Shown: positions 1 through 9,282 of the stretch, piece by piece
Position numbering within the stretch: position 1 is the first letter of the stretch
How the letters are laid out: each line of letters begins with the position of its first letter
Source: an uncultured Gammaproteobacteria bacterium
GTDB lineage: Bacteria > Patescibacteriota > Microgenomatia > Levybacterales > UBA12049
Direction: 5' to 3'
Assembly: GCA_964416445.1 (NCBI GenBank)
Contig: CAYQEE010000004.1
Coordinates: 47,868-111,867 of the forward strand
DNA: 64,000 nucleotides
The notes under the pieces: model-generated
Told to the model about the DNA's origin: nothing
Seen by the model: only the letters and a program-made list of their open reading frames with translations
Databases searched by the model: none
Position numbers and translations under genes: made by a program

Positions 1-420
1 TATTTGGTAATCTTAGTTGATCAAGAGAAAGCGTTATTTTTTACATTAATTGATAATGAACTTGAAGAAAAAGGTTCTCTTCAAGATGTGAGTGTACACA
101 AAAAGGTAAAAGGTGGGTATGGGGGAGAATTTTCAGATAAAGTGACACATCGATTTCAAGAAGAACTTAAAAAACACATGGAATTGATTGCACAAAATAT
201 TGATACATTTGTTGATAATAAGCCCATCATTGGAGTTATTATCGGTGGACATAAAACAACAATGCATTATCTTAAACACTATTTACCCCAGAGGTTGAAT
301 CAAAAAATATTAGGCTATTTTATTTCAGAACTCAATATACCCTTCGAAACTATTCTTTCTCAAAGTAAACAATTTTTATCAGATATTCATCTTCGCGAGC
401 TCCAAAGGTATACTGCCTAA
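1..420 (+). CDS. Hypothetical protein, C-terminal part (the ORF is open at the window edge). Motifs VKGGYGG and IIGVIIGGHKTTMHYL are faintly eRF1/host-attachment-like.
   Basis: The ORF runs off the 5' end of the window. There is no confident family match by eye. Confidence 0.4.
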   Translation, partial: YLVILVDQEKALFFTLIDNELEEKGSLQDVSVHKKVKGGYGGEFSDKVTHRFQEELKKHMELIAQNIDTFVDNKPIIGVIIGGHKTTMHYLKHYLPQRLNQKILGYFISELNIPFETILSQSKQFLSDIHLRELQRYTA

Positions 421-455
421 ATCCATTGCTCTTTTTTCTAAAACTGTCCACTCCG

Positions 456-1184
456 TTAGCTTTGAGGAGGTTTGAATGAACTAACTAATTGATAAAGAAC
501 CGCTTTACATTGATCCGAGGAAGGACTAAAACAGACAAATGATACAACTGCTGGCGTATTGTTAAACTTATCAGCAAGACTTGTTGTAGTGACATTTGCA
601 ATATAGCCAATTCCATCATTATGTACAACGTATCCTGCTATGGCTAACTTTGAAGGATCCGGACTTTGTGGAAGGAATGAATTGTCACTCGTGGCAAACG
701 GATTTATTATTTTTTCTGGGCTATCAACAATGACGGTAAGCTGAATACCTGATGTTGCCCATCCTCCTTGTGGACTATATTGCGTATCTTGACTAACGAA
801 AGCAGCATCAACGGTATTTGCGTTATTCGATGATGTTTGTGTTATGAGTTTTAACGAGCTCGGATAGCTAAATGAATACTGGTATCGTAATGATGTATAC
901 GTATTTTGGGTACTTTCTCCCGTAGGTACTGGAGTTTGTTGGACTGAGGTAGGAGATCTCGTAGGGTTGTCATTGATCGGTACAGTTGACGAAGTTAACT
1001 GAGACATGGTATTTTTGTTTTTCACCGAACCGTGAAAATAGAGAAAGAAACCAATACTAATACCAAAGATAAATAAGATACTATTTATTATAAATTTACT
1101 CAAGAACCGATATCGTAAAGATGTTACCACGTGAACGTCTTTTCTGATTTCACTTACTTCTGATTCAAGAGAATAATCCATCAT
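456..1184 (-). CDS. Membrane-anchored Ser/Thr/Gln-rich hypothetical protein.
   Basis: 242 aa ORF with an N-terminal transmembrane helix (ILFIFGISIGFFLYF) followed by a low-complexity S/T-rich ectodomain. Confidence 0.5.
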   Translation of the reverse strand: MMDYSLESEVSEIRKDVHVVTSLRYRFLSKFIINSILFIFGISIGFFLYFHGSVKNKNTMSQLTSSTVPINDNPTRSPTSVQQTPVPTGESTQNTYTSLRYQYSFSYPSSLKLITQTSSNNANTVDAAFVSQDTQYSPQGGWATSGIQLTVIVDSPEKIINPFATSDNSFLPQSPDPSKLAIAGYVVHNDGIGYIANVTTTSLADKFNNTPAVVSFVCFSPSSDQCKAVLYQLVSSFKPPQS

Positions 1185-1226
1185 TACCTATTTAACTATA
1201 TTATCATTCAGAAGAAAAGTTAGCTC

Positions 1227-1424
1227 TTACTTATGTGATGATTTTGTTGGGAGAGAATGAGTTTGTGGTACAAACGTAACAAATGCAATAAGTCCAACCC
1301 CTATAATTGCTATCAGAAAGATTCCCAAAAACATTAATAATATATAAAACTTTTCTTTTTTAATATACGCATCATCTAAAACCTGTTCTGTTGGCAAATT
1401 TACGTGCTTATTATTTTGTTGCAT
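1227..1424 (-). CDS. Small membrane protein co-transcribed with the stomatin gene.
   Basis: 65 aa ORF with one transmembrane helix. It overlaps the stop of the upstream SPFH gene by 14 nt, suggesting translational coupling. Confidence 0.45.
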   Translation of the reverse strand: MQQNNKHVNLPTEQVLDDAYIKKEKFYILLMFLGIFLIAIIGVGLIAFVTFVPQTHSLPTKSSHK

Positions 1425-2172
1425 CTGTTTTAAGAGTTTTGATTGCTTCCTGAACTGTAGTCATAAATTGTGCTGGAAAGATAATTGTTGAATTTTTTTC
1501 AGTACTTATTTCTGCCATTGTTTGTAACGTACGCAGTTGTAATGCTACCGGATGTTTTGCAATAAGATCTGCAGCCTCACCGAGTTTTACTGCTGCTTGG
1601 AATTCTCCCTCTGCAGCAACAATTTTTGCTCTTCTTTCTCGTTCTGCTTCAGCTTCTTTAGCCATAGCCCGTTGCATATTATCAGGAAGTGTTATATCTT
1701 TAATTTCTACAGCACTCACTTCTGCTCCCCAGTTTTCCGTATGCTTATCTATCACTTTCATTATTTGCGTATTAATATCCACCGTTCGAGAAAGTAATTG
1801 ATCTAAACTAAATTGTCCAACGACATTCCTTACGGTAGTTTGGCTAATTTGATTAACGGCGCTATAAACATCTTCAACTGCCAACACTGCCTTTTTGGGA
1901 TCATTAATATGAAAGTATGCTACTGCTGCAATGTCGATAGATACATTATCTTTCGTAATGATTTTTTGAGATGGAATATTCATGGTAACCGTTCTGAAAC
2001 TTACTTTTACCATTCGTTCAAAGAGAGGAATAAGAAAAATAAGCCCAGGTCCACGAAAACCAACATATCTACCAAGAAAGAAGACTACTCCTCGTTCGTA
2101 TTCATTAACAATACGAATACTAATTAAAAAGAGAACAACAATAAGAATAACAATTCCAGTAAATAAGCCCAT
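1411..2172 (-). CDS. SPFH/band-7 (stomatin/prohibitin-like) membrane protein.
   Basis: N-terminal transmembrane helix, an SPFH core ([17 protein letters not shown]...IDIAAVAYF) and a C-terminal [16 protein letters not shown] coiled-coil typical of QmcA/YbbK-type stomatins. Confidence 0.85.
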   Translation of the reverse strand: MGLFTGIVILIVVLFLISIRIVNEYERGVVFFLGRYVGFRGPGLIFLIPLFERMVKVSFRTVTMNIPSQKIITKDNVSIDIAAVAYFHINDPKKAVLAVEDVYSAVNQISQTTVRNVVGQFSLDQLLSRTVDINTQIMKVIDKHTENWGAEVSAVEIKDITLPDNMQRAMAKEAEAERERRAKIVAAEGEFQAAVKLGEAADLIAKHPVALQLRTLQTMAEISTEKNSTIIFPAQFMTTVQEAIKTLKTDATK

Positions 2173-2215
2173 ATGGCATATAATAGCTTTCCTGATTATT
2201 TTGTCAATAGCGATA

Positions 2216-2386
2216 TTATTTTTTTCTCATTGCATCAATGACAATTGCAACGATCATAATAACCAACCCCAGCCAAACAATACTTAAAGCTGGTATAAGG
2301 GATGCAAGAAAAATTCCGAGCCCAAGTCCAAACAAGCTATGCATCATGACATGGGTCGTCATGCAAGCTTTCATTTTAGCATTCAT
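2216..2386 (-). CDS. Unannotated 56 aa two-helix membrane protein, first gene of the stomatin operon.
   Basis: Reverse-strand [67 protein letters not shown] Shine-Dalgarno sits 7 nt upstream of the ATG, preceded by a TTGCAA-17-TATGCT promoter. The ORF is below the ORF-track size cut-off. Confidence 0.55.
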   Translation of the reverse strand: MNAKMKACMTTHVMMHSLFGLGLGIFLASLIPALSIVWLGLVIMIVAIVIDAMRKK

Positions 2387-2407
2387 AGAAAACACCTCCT
2401 TTCCATT

Positions 2408-2436
2408 AGCATAGAGGTAGAAGTTAGCATTTGCAA
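2408..2436 (-). promoter_or_regulatory. Sigma70-like promoter (TTGCAA-17 nt-TATGCT) driving the small-ORF/stomatin operon.
   Basis: Hexamers and spacing read directly on the minus strand. The promoter lies between an upstream terminator and the SD/ATG at 2386. Confidence 0.4.
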
Positions 2437-2437
2437 G

Positions 2438-2468
2438 AAAAAAAAACAGATGGTATTGATACCATCTG
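2438..2468 (-). terminator. Rho-independent terminator downstream of the DUF218 gene.
   Basis: Perfect 9-bp stem CAGATGGTA/TACCATCTG with a TTGA loop, followed on the minus strand by a 9-nt U-run. Confidence 0.7.
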
Positions 2469-2619
2469 TTAGAGAATAGATCACCTCCTCATAATGTTTT
2501 TTCTATTAAGAATGCATTGATTATTGCATCAATATTATACTATCTGTAACATAAAAATTAAGAACAATTTTTGTAAGAAAATTATGAGAAGCAAACATTA
2601 TGCCCTTTTCAATCCGTTA

Positions 2620-3207
2620 CTATAGCCGCTTCATTATAAGATAGACCAAAATCGCAAGAGCCTCAGTGAATAAGAACTTATTCCGAAGGAGAATATTTTG
2701 TGAACAAGGACTGTTTATTGCCGGTGAAACAGAAAAATTAAGACCAAGTTTTCTTGCAATTAAAGCAGTGCGAGGCATATGCACTGGATCAGTAACAATA
2801 AGAACAGAATGAAAATTATTCTTATCCATAATATTCTTGGTAAAAACAATATTTTCAAACGTAGAATGTGCATGTGATTCTAAAATAATCTTATCTGCGG
2901 AAATACCTCTGTCACGCACCATAGTATTCATGGTAGAGGATTCGCTTGAAACTCCTCTTGCACTTCTTCCACCTGAGAGAAGTATTTTTTTCCCATATCC
3001 CTGTTCAAACAACAAGATTCCATGTTTCACACGAGCAACTAAACAAGGATTAGTTTTACTACTTCCTTTTACATTTGGTAAAGCTCCGAGAACAAGAATT
3101 ATATCTGACTTTTTACGAGTGTCAATGAATGATTTCTGATAGATATAAAAAACTTCAAAAAGGAAAACAAGAATTCCAAGTGATATGAGAATCAGCAAAA
3201 CAATCAT
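2620..3207 (-). CDS. DUF218/YdcF (ElyC/SanA-like) family protein.
   Basis: N-terminal transmembrane helix plus a DUF218 core (ILVLGA...LLSGG...HSTFEN...IVTDPVHMPR). Confidence 0.7.
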   Translation of the reverse strand: MIVLLILISLGILVFLFEVFYIYQKSFIDTRKKSDIILVLGALPNVKGSSKTNPCLVARVKHGILLFEQGYGKKILLSGGRSARGVSSESSTMNTMVRDRGISADKIILESHAHSTFENIVFTKNIMDKNNFHSVLIVTDPVHMPRTALIARKLGLNFSVSPAINSPCSQNILLRNKFLFTEALAILVYLIMKRL

Positions 3208-3216
3208 GAATAATGA

Positions 3217-3513
3217 TTATTCTCGTACAACCGTAATACTACATTCTGTGATAAGTGCTGCTATAGCACCAATTGCAGCAAGTACAGGTGCAATTGCAAT
3301 TCCAACGACACCAATGGTTAAAGGAAATTCTGCGAGGCTTTTACCTGACTTATCTTTGATAATTATTTTTCTTACATTACCTTCTTTTATTAAATCTTTT
3401 ACTTTCTCAATTACTCTATCTCCTTGAATATGAAACGTCTCTTCTTTTTTTTGCTGTTTCGTATTACTCATAGCAAGAGTATAGCATATTTTTTTGACTT
3501 TAAATAACCTCAT
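3217..3513 (-). CDS. DUF4342 domain protein.
   Basis: ETFHIQGDRVIEKVKDLIKEGNVRKIIIKD...IGVVGIAIAPVLAAIGAIAAL is characteristic of DUF4342. A GGTGG SD lies 10 nt before the first ATG at 3513. An alternative start at MSNTK (3471) is possible. Confidence 0.65.
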   Translation of the reverse strand: MRLFKVKKICYTLAMSNTKQQKKEETFHIQGDRVIEKVKDLIKEGNVRKIIIKDKSGKSLAEFPLTIGVVGIAIAPVLAAIGAIAALITECSITVVRE

Positions 3514-3529
3514 AGTATAATAGCCACCT

Positions 3530-4903
3530 ATGGCTCATCTACAGGAATCAATAAGACATCGGTTTATACGTGGTAATTATGCCAGTTGGAGTGACTTACT
3601 CTCCAGAAGATTACCTTTCGGAGGGATTGTCGAAGATTACTCATCTCTTCTTACCAACTCACAGAGATTCTTACTAGAATCTCCTACCATAGGGTATCGC
3701 TTTCTTCAAAGAGCAAAAAATGCCTTAGGAAAAAATCCTGACATCAAGATCTCATCAGTAGAGAGACAAGTTAATGGCTGGTTTACCACTGCTCAACAAT
3801 ATGCTGACCAATATGGCGTATTTGATTATAAAGGAGTTCATAAAACTGCTTTTAGTTGGCAACTCAATGGACAACCTGACGCAGCTATTATTGCTCACAC
3901 AAATATTTTGACTCGAACAAAGAAAGAATTAGCAACTATCGATGAAACTAAATTTAAATCTCCCGAAACAAAAGAATTACGAAGAAAAGAGTTACAAGCT
4001 TGGGAAGCAAGAGCAAATCATTACATTGGTATTTCATATCAATCATCACATAAAAGTGATTTTAAAAAAGCAATTGAATACCAAGAACTCGCTAAAGCAC
4101 AATATCAATTACTAATACAAGATATTTCACTTGAAAAATTATCCTCTACTCATGAACTCTCTGAATTTCAAATATCATTATTTAATGAACTACTAAATGT
4201 CTCTCGCAACTTGGAGAATAATAAAGCAAAATATGCCTATCAACGGCAAGTAAGTCCTCAGATACCACAACAAGATCATATAACAATGACACAAGCAAGC
4301 GCATTAATTCAACAAAGTGCACAACGCATGTCAGATGCAATCAATAAAGGAAAAGAATTTGTTACCCTCTCTGGAAAAGGAGCTGATACTGTTGGTATTA
4401 CTCTCAGTAAACGAGGTTTGATATACAATCACCTTGGTAATTTTCGAGCTGCTCTCACCGACCAGCTCGAAGCGCTCAATTATTTAGGACAAGTACATCA
4501 TTATTATTTTGATGGCCAAGTATTTGATGGTATAGCTGATATTTTCAGTACTATTGCACAAGAAGCAATGAACAAAACACAATTTTATGAATTAGCATTT
4601 TTAGCAGATATGGTTGCATATGGAATTCTCTGCAACTCTTCCAAACCAGACGAATACCTTGCGCAAAAAAAAAGTTATCGAGAAAAAGCAAAAGGGTTTG
4701 CTCAAGAAATACAAAAACGAAGAGGATACAATACACCGTTACTCGATACTGTAACTCCTCTTCTTGATGAAACAGTTTCTTTTGAAGCAGATATTCCTCT
4801 TATAGAGAGGTACACACAAGACATTGCTTTGACAAGAGCACAGCAATTTATTACCGACTTACTTGTTCTCCAAACCAGGACCAATTTTCTTAATCTTCCT
4901 TAA
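3530..4903 (+). CDS. Hypothetical 457 aa soluble protein with Gln/Ala-rich, helical-looking composition.
   Basis: Long ORF whose composition differs from the neighbouring K/I/N-rich proteins. No family recognised. Confidence 0.5.
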   Translation: MAHLQESIRHRFIRGNYASWSDLLSRRLPFGGIVEDYSSLLTNSQRFLLESPTIGYRFLQRAKNALGKNPDIKISSVERQVNGWFTTAQQYADQYGVFDYKGVHKTAFSWQLNGQPDAAIIAHTNILTRTKKELATIDETKFKSPETKELRRKELQAWEARANHYIGISYQSSHKSDFKKAIEYQELAKAQYQLLIQDISLEKLSSTHELSEFQISLFNELLNVSRNLENNKAKYAYQRQVSPQIPQQDHITMTQASALIQQSAQRMSDAINKGKEFVTLSGKGADTVGITLSKRGLIYNHLGNFRAALTDQLEALNYLGQVHHYYFDGQVFDGIADIFSTIAQEAMNKTQFYELAFLADMVAYGILCNSSKPDEYLAQKKSYREKAKGFAQEIQKRRGYNTPLLDTVTPLLDETVSFEADIPLIERYTQDIALTRAQQFITDLLVLQTRTNFLNLP

Positions 4904-5695
4904 ACCTTTGGTAATACTCCTTATAAAGTCAGATCGGAATGAACTGCTATTCAGAGCTTCAATAATTTGTTCAGTTATTCCCCCTTTTGTTGCTACAGAT
5001 TGCTGTAATGATAACGGTGATATTCCCGTTTTCTTCAAGTACGCGATAGTCCCACCATAAATTTGCAAGGCGACTTGATTTGCAATGTCGTTATCCAATC
5101 CGTACGATTTCATTGTATTTGCAAACAACTCTATCAAATAACTTACCAGAGCTGGACCACACCCCGGAATAAGACTCATAATGTCGAGAAGGTTCTCAGA
5201 ATCACAAATAATCACTTTTCCAAGAAGGGAAAAAAGGGAAACCATTGCTTGGTTAGTTTTACTATTCACGCTGTTATTACTTTTGTAACCAATGACTCCT
5301 TCACCAAAAGCAACAGGTATATTAGGCATTATCCTAATAATTTTTTGTTTCTTTGACGTGAATTTTTCCAGCTCTTGTAAGGAAATACCTGCAACTACTG
5401 AGATAAAAATTTTGTTCACTAACATATCTCGAAATTCCTTCACTATATGAACGGTAGCAGGTTTAACGCATAAAATTATGATATCTCCGTTGCTGATAGC
5501 CTCATTATTATTCTTAGTAACACGAATATTATAGCGTCGCGATATTTCCAATAAATGATTCCCCGAAGGATTAGAAATAATAAGATTTTTATGATCTACT
5601 TTTCCACTAAACAACATGCCTGCAAGCAAGGCCTTGCCCATATGACCAGCACCAATAATGGCTATGTTATTTACATTTTGTTTGACCTTTTCCAT
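4859..5695 (-). CDS. proC: Pyrroline-5-carboxylate reductase.
   Basis: N-terminal NAD(P)-binding IAIIGAGHMGKAL motif and a P5CR-like C-terminal dimerisation region. It is the last gene of the proBAC cluster. Confidence 0.85.
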   Translation of the reverse strand: MEKVKQNVNNIAIIGAGHMGKALLAGMLFSGKVDHKNLIISNPSGNHLLEISRRYNIRVTKNNNEAISNGDIIILCVKPATVHIVKEFRDMLVNKIFISVVAGISLQELEKFTSKKQKIIRIMPNIPVAFGEGVIGYKSNNSVNSKTNQAMVSLFSLLGKVIICDSENLLDIMSLIPGCGPALVSYLIELFANTMKSYGLDNDIANQVALQIYGGTIAYLKKTGISPLSLQQSVATKGGITEQIIEALNSSSFRSDFIRSITKGLRKIKKIGPGLENK

Positions 5696-6941
5696 ATGCT
5701 ATCCATTTATACGTAGTTAATTCCCTTAAGCCAACTGGACCTCGGGCATGAAGTTTCCCCGTTGCTGTTCCCATCTCTGCGCCCATACCAAATTCGCCTC
5801 CATCATGCAGTCTGGATGAACAATTAACCATTATTCCTGCTGCATCAACAGTGGCAATAAACTGATCAACTGTATGTGTATCTTCGGATATAATCACTTC
5901 TGTATGGCCATGTGTCCGTTGAGCTACAAAATGCAAAGCTTGTTTTACTGAAGATACTGTTTTAACAGCTAATATATTATCTAAAAATTCAGTAACATAG
6001 TCCTCTGAGGTTGCAAGGTGGCTATGTTTCATGTAGTGTTTGGATTTGGTATCAGCTCGTATTTCACATTTTTTTTCATATAAAAGCGTATCCAGTTTTT
6101 CTAAGAATTCCTGTGCAATCTGCTCATGTACGATAACAAGATCAAGAGCATTACAGACTCCGAACTTATTTGTCTTTGAGTTAACACAAACATCAAGTGC
6201 AATATCCAACCTTGCTGATTTATCTATATACATACATGCTCCCCCAGCGGCGTGATATAACACAGGAATACGAGATTTTTCAGCCACTGTAGTAGTCAGT
6301 TGATAACTCCCTCGAGGTATGACAACATCAATAAGATCATTTCTTGTTAAGACATATTCTATATCCGAGTGTGTTAATTCTAAAAAGGTAACAGCATGTA
6401 AACTGATACTAAATCGCTCAAGAACATCATGTACACATTTCACTAATTCTCTATTTGTCTGCAGAGCTTCAGATCCACCTTTTAAAATAACCGCATTACC
6501 AGCTTTAAGGCAAAGCGCCATTGCATCGATGGTTACATTTGGCCGTGATTCATATATCATTGCAATTACCCCTAACGGAAAACGCTTTTTTTGCAAAAGC
6601 ACAGCATTTTCTAATATTTTCTGTTCGATAATTTCACCAAGAACATCGTCTAGTTGTGCTACGGCTTCTAATTGATTTATCATTCCATTAAATACTTTTT
6701 CCGAAAGAGTTAATCTATCTAGAAATGCTCGAGTAAATCCTCCGTTTGTTGCCTGAGAAACATCACGGTTATTTGCCTTCATAATTCTCGTTTCATTCGC
6801 TCGCAAACACTGAGCAATTTCCATAAGAAGTTTTTTCTTCTTATAACCACGTACCTGTAATAGTTCTTTTGATGCTTTTTTCGTTAATTGTAATGATTTT
6901 TCAATCGATATATTCATATAATTAGTAAAGTCTTGTACCAA
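5667..6941 (-). CDS. proA: Gamma-glutamyl phosphate reductase (glutamate-5-semialdehyde dehydrogenase).
   Basis: ALDH-fold protein with the ProA signature (GVIAMIYESRPNVTIDAMALCLKAGNAVILKGG). It lies between proB and proC. Confidence 0.9.
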   Translation of the reverse strand: MVQDFTNYMNISIEKSLQLTKKASKELLQVRGYKKKKLLMEIAQCLRANETRIMKANNRDVSQATNGGFTRAFLDRLTLSEKVFNGMINQLEAVAQLDDVLGEIIEQKILENAVLLQKKRFPLGVIAMIYESRPNVTIDAMALCLKAGNAVILKGGSEALQTNRELVKCVHDVLERFSISLHAVTFLELTHSDIEYVLTRNDLIDVVIPRGSYQLTTTVAEKSRIPVLYHAAGGACMYIDKSARLDIALDVCVNSKTNKFGVCNALDLVIVHEQIAQEFLEKLDTLLYEKKCEIRADTKSKHYMKHSHLATSEDYVTEFLDNILAVKTVSSVKQALHFVAQRTHGHTEVIISEDTHTVDQFIATVDAAGIMVNCSSRLHDGGEFGMGAEMGTATGKLHARGPVGLRELTTYKWIAYGKGQTKCK

Positions 6942-7650
6942 TATGTTCTTCTTGAATAATTAATCTCGTCAAAATATTTTTTGTTTTCCCGTGGACAATC
7001 CAACTATTGATCCCAGCTTTTCTTGCCGTAAATGCTGCTTGTATTTTCGCTTTCATACCTCCTACTTCACCTTTATCTGTTTGTTTTATAACTGTTGCCA
7101 TTTTCATTCCTTGCGTAAAAACTTTTATTATCTGCATGTGTTGATCATAAACTCCATCCACATCCGTCATAAGAAGCAATTCATGTGCTTGGATTAGTTT
7201 TGCTATTTCACATGCTAAATTGTCATTTCCTTGAAAACTATGTAAGTCTACCATGTCATTTTCATTGACAATAACAACAATGTTTTGTTCCATCGCTTGA
7301 AGTAAAATAGTTTTTAAATTGTTTTTTTTCTTATGATCTTCGAATTCATTCTGCGTAAGAAGTAATTGAGCAATAACAATCTTATGTTTTTCAAATAGCC
7401 TAAAAAGATGAGAAGTTATATATGCCTGTCCTATTCCACCAAGCAATGATTTATTACATTCCATATCATCAACTGATTCGAATACTTTCCTTCCACAGGT
7501 TACTGCGCCAGATATCACAATAATCACCTGTACTCTATGGTTTTGAAGTATTTTAACTTGTTTAACTACAGTCTCCATTCGATACATATCGAGAATATTT
7601 TCACGAGTTGTTACAATACTTCTCCCAATTTTAATAACTATTTTTTTCAT
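6922..7650 (-). CDS. proB: Glutamate 5-kinase, short form without a PUA domain.
   Basis: Amino-acid kinase fold (MKKIVIKIG...VISGAV...). It is the first gene after the T-box terminator. Confidence 0.85.
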   Translation of the reverse strand: MKKIVIKIGRSIVTTRENILDMYRMETVVKQVKILQNHRVQVIIVISGAVTCGRKVFESVDDMECNKSLLGGIGQAYITSHLFRLFEKHKIVIAQLLLTQNEFEDHKKKNNLKTILLQAMEQNIVVIVNENDMVDLHSFQGNDNLACEIAKLIQAHELLLMTDVDGVYDQHMQIIKVFTQGMKMATVIKQTDKGEVGGMKAKIQAAFTARKAGINSWIVHGKTKNILTRLIIQEEHIGTRLY

Positions 7651-7905
7651 AAAAAAACCTCGTCATCGCTAAACACCTTTGTGTTTAACAAGGACGAGGC
7701 TACTCGTGGTACCACCTTGCTTTATCTTAAAAAAAACACACCATAAAGGTGTGCCGTTATAAGAACTTATTCGTGCTCCGATAGTTACCGACACACATAG
7801 AGAAAGATTACGGTGCTCCTCCGTCGTACTCATCGTACGCAGCTCATTGAGCGGGAAACTCAACTAATAACGCTTTTCATTTCTAGAATACCATATTTCT
7901 TTCAT
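7651..7905 (-). promoter_or_regulatory. T-box riboswitch leader, probably proline-specific, controlling proBAC.
   Basis: Minus-strand RNA contains ...AGCAAGG[UGGUACC]ACGAGUAGCCUCGUCCUUG, i.e. an antiterminator with the canonical 7-nt UGGNACC bulge (T-box motif GGUGGUACCACG at plus 7705-7720). It is followed by a mutually exclusive terminator CCUCGUC...GACGAGG+U7 (plus 7651-7699) that abuts the proB ATG. CCC/CCG candidate specifier codons occur in the upstream stem region. Confidence 0.7.
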
Positions 7906-7913
7906 GATGTAAA
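7885..7913 (-). promoter_or_regulatory. Candidate promoter (TTTACA ... TGgTATTCT extended -10) for the T-box/proBAC transcript.
   Basis: Hexamers read on the minus strand just upstream of the leader. Confidence 0.3.
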
Positions 7914-7920
7914 GTAATGA

Positions 7921-9198
7921 TCATTTCCATGAAGCTATTTCTCTTTTTACTGTTAATGCAGCTACTGCCGCTCCTTTTACACCTGCTTTTGAAATTCGAA
8001 CAAAGGTAATTCGTTTATGACAGATTTCTTGAGCATACATACTGACTTGATCTCTATAAAAGGGTACTCCCCAAAATACCGAACCTTCTATTGGGATAAT
8101 AACCCGTTTTTTAGGAAACTCCTTTGGAAACGTTACAATAATAGTTCCGATCATCGTACCAACTAACTGAGCAGATCGTTTTGTGATCCGTTGAGCAATT
8201 TCATAAAAAAGCTCATTATACATCTCATAGTTATCTTGTTGATTTGGGAGTCTTTTAAATCGTAATATATGACTCACATGCCCTGAAGAGTAAGTAGCTT
8301 GAAAATGTTTCGGAAGTATTCCCTGTTCAACATACAACTCGATAACACGTTGGAATGTTTGACCAAGGTATAATCCTGATATTTGCTTCTCTGCAATTCC
8401 TCCTCCGGGATTATTACTTTTTTCGTCGATATGCATAACAATTGGAGAAAGAGGAATATGGAAAAAACTTCCCGATTCTGTATTGTAGATATATTCTTTA
8501 ACGGTAATAGCAAGATTAAAACCCGTACCTAATACTCCACCTATTGCTGCCATTTTATCTGCTAACATAACTGCTGGAGTATCATTCAACACAACCAGCG
8601 GCACAGATCCAATAGGATACTTTTCATTAATAAAAGTAAGGAGTGTTTTTCCAATAGGTAATTTACTAATTCCTGGAATGATAAAATCTTTTGGTAATTT
8701 TTCCGAAGAAACAAGATCAATACCATACGCTTTTTTTAATGAAGTACCAGGGAATGAATAAATAATTGCGATAGCATGGGGTATTTTACCAAACAACCCA
8801 TCTAACTGAGCAAGAACATGTTCAAAAAAATCAAGTGGATTTGCAAAGATGTTTCTATTAATTTTCTTCTTAAAAAAAATATCATTCTTACCTTGTTTCA
8901 CGAGAACAGGTTTTGCATATTTATTGATTATGACTCGAGCACCATAGATATGTGTTCCTCCAATTTCTATAACAATTGCTTCCTCACCCGGAATAAGTTT
9001 TGTATGATGAACTCTTTTTAAATGAGTTGGAAGCATTTGTAAACTACTTTTCTCTTTTTGTAATCCACTTTGTAGTTCTTGTTTATACTTTTTAGAAATT
9101 TGCAGTAAATCATTTTCTGAAAATATCGTTAACCCAATCTTATCGACAAGGGTAGCAATATTAGACAAAGATTTGTGTGAACGTTTATTCGATTTCAT
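7921..9198 (-). CDS. Hexokinase-family sugar kinase.
   Basis: Hexokinase motifs are present: IEIGGTHIYGARVI (equivalent to LDLGGTN), AIIYSFPGT (equivalent to GFTFSFP), and GLYLGQ...RV in the C-terminal lobe. Confidence 0.7.
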   Translation of the reverse strand: MKSNKRSHKSLSNIATLVDKIGLTIFSENDLLQISKKYKQELQSGLQKEKSSLQMLPTHLKRVHHTKLIPGEEAIVIEIGGTHIYGARVIINKYAKPVLVKQGKNDIFFKKKINRNIFANPLDFFEHVLAQLDGLFGKIPHAIAIIYSFPGTSLKKAYGIDLVSSEKLPKDFIIPGISKLPIGKTLLTFINEKYPIGSVPLVVLNDTPAVMLADKMAAIGGVLGTGFNLAITVKEYIYNTESGSFFHIPLSPIVMHIDEKSNNPGGGIAEKQISGLYLGQTFQRVIELYVEQGILPKHFQATYSSGHVSHILRFKRLPNQQDNYEMYNELFYEIAQRITKRSAQLVGTMIGTIIVTFPKEFPKKRVIIPIEGSVFWGVPFYRDQVSMYAQEICHKRITFVRISKAGVKGAAVAALTVKREIASWK

Positions 9199-9282
9199 AA
9201 AATTATTGTGAGTACTATAGCACGTTTTTAATAGTACACACGCGACGATCCATTTCTACGATATCAATTATCTTTGTACAAA

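Noticed and set aside
1552-2287. Three plus-strand ORFs (81-104 aa) opposite the SPFH gene.
   Set aside because: They are antisense to a well-supported conserved CDS and have low-complexity F/C/S-rich translations. They are spurious.
4551-5356. Several 60-97 aa ORFs overlapping the 3' end of the 457 aa gene and proC on opposite strands.
   Set aside because: They are antisense or overlapping better-supported CDSs, with no SDs.
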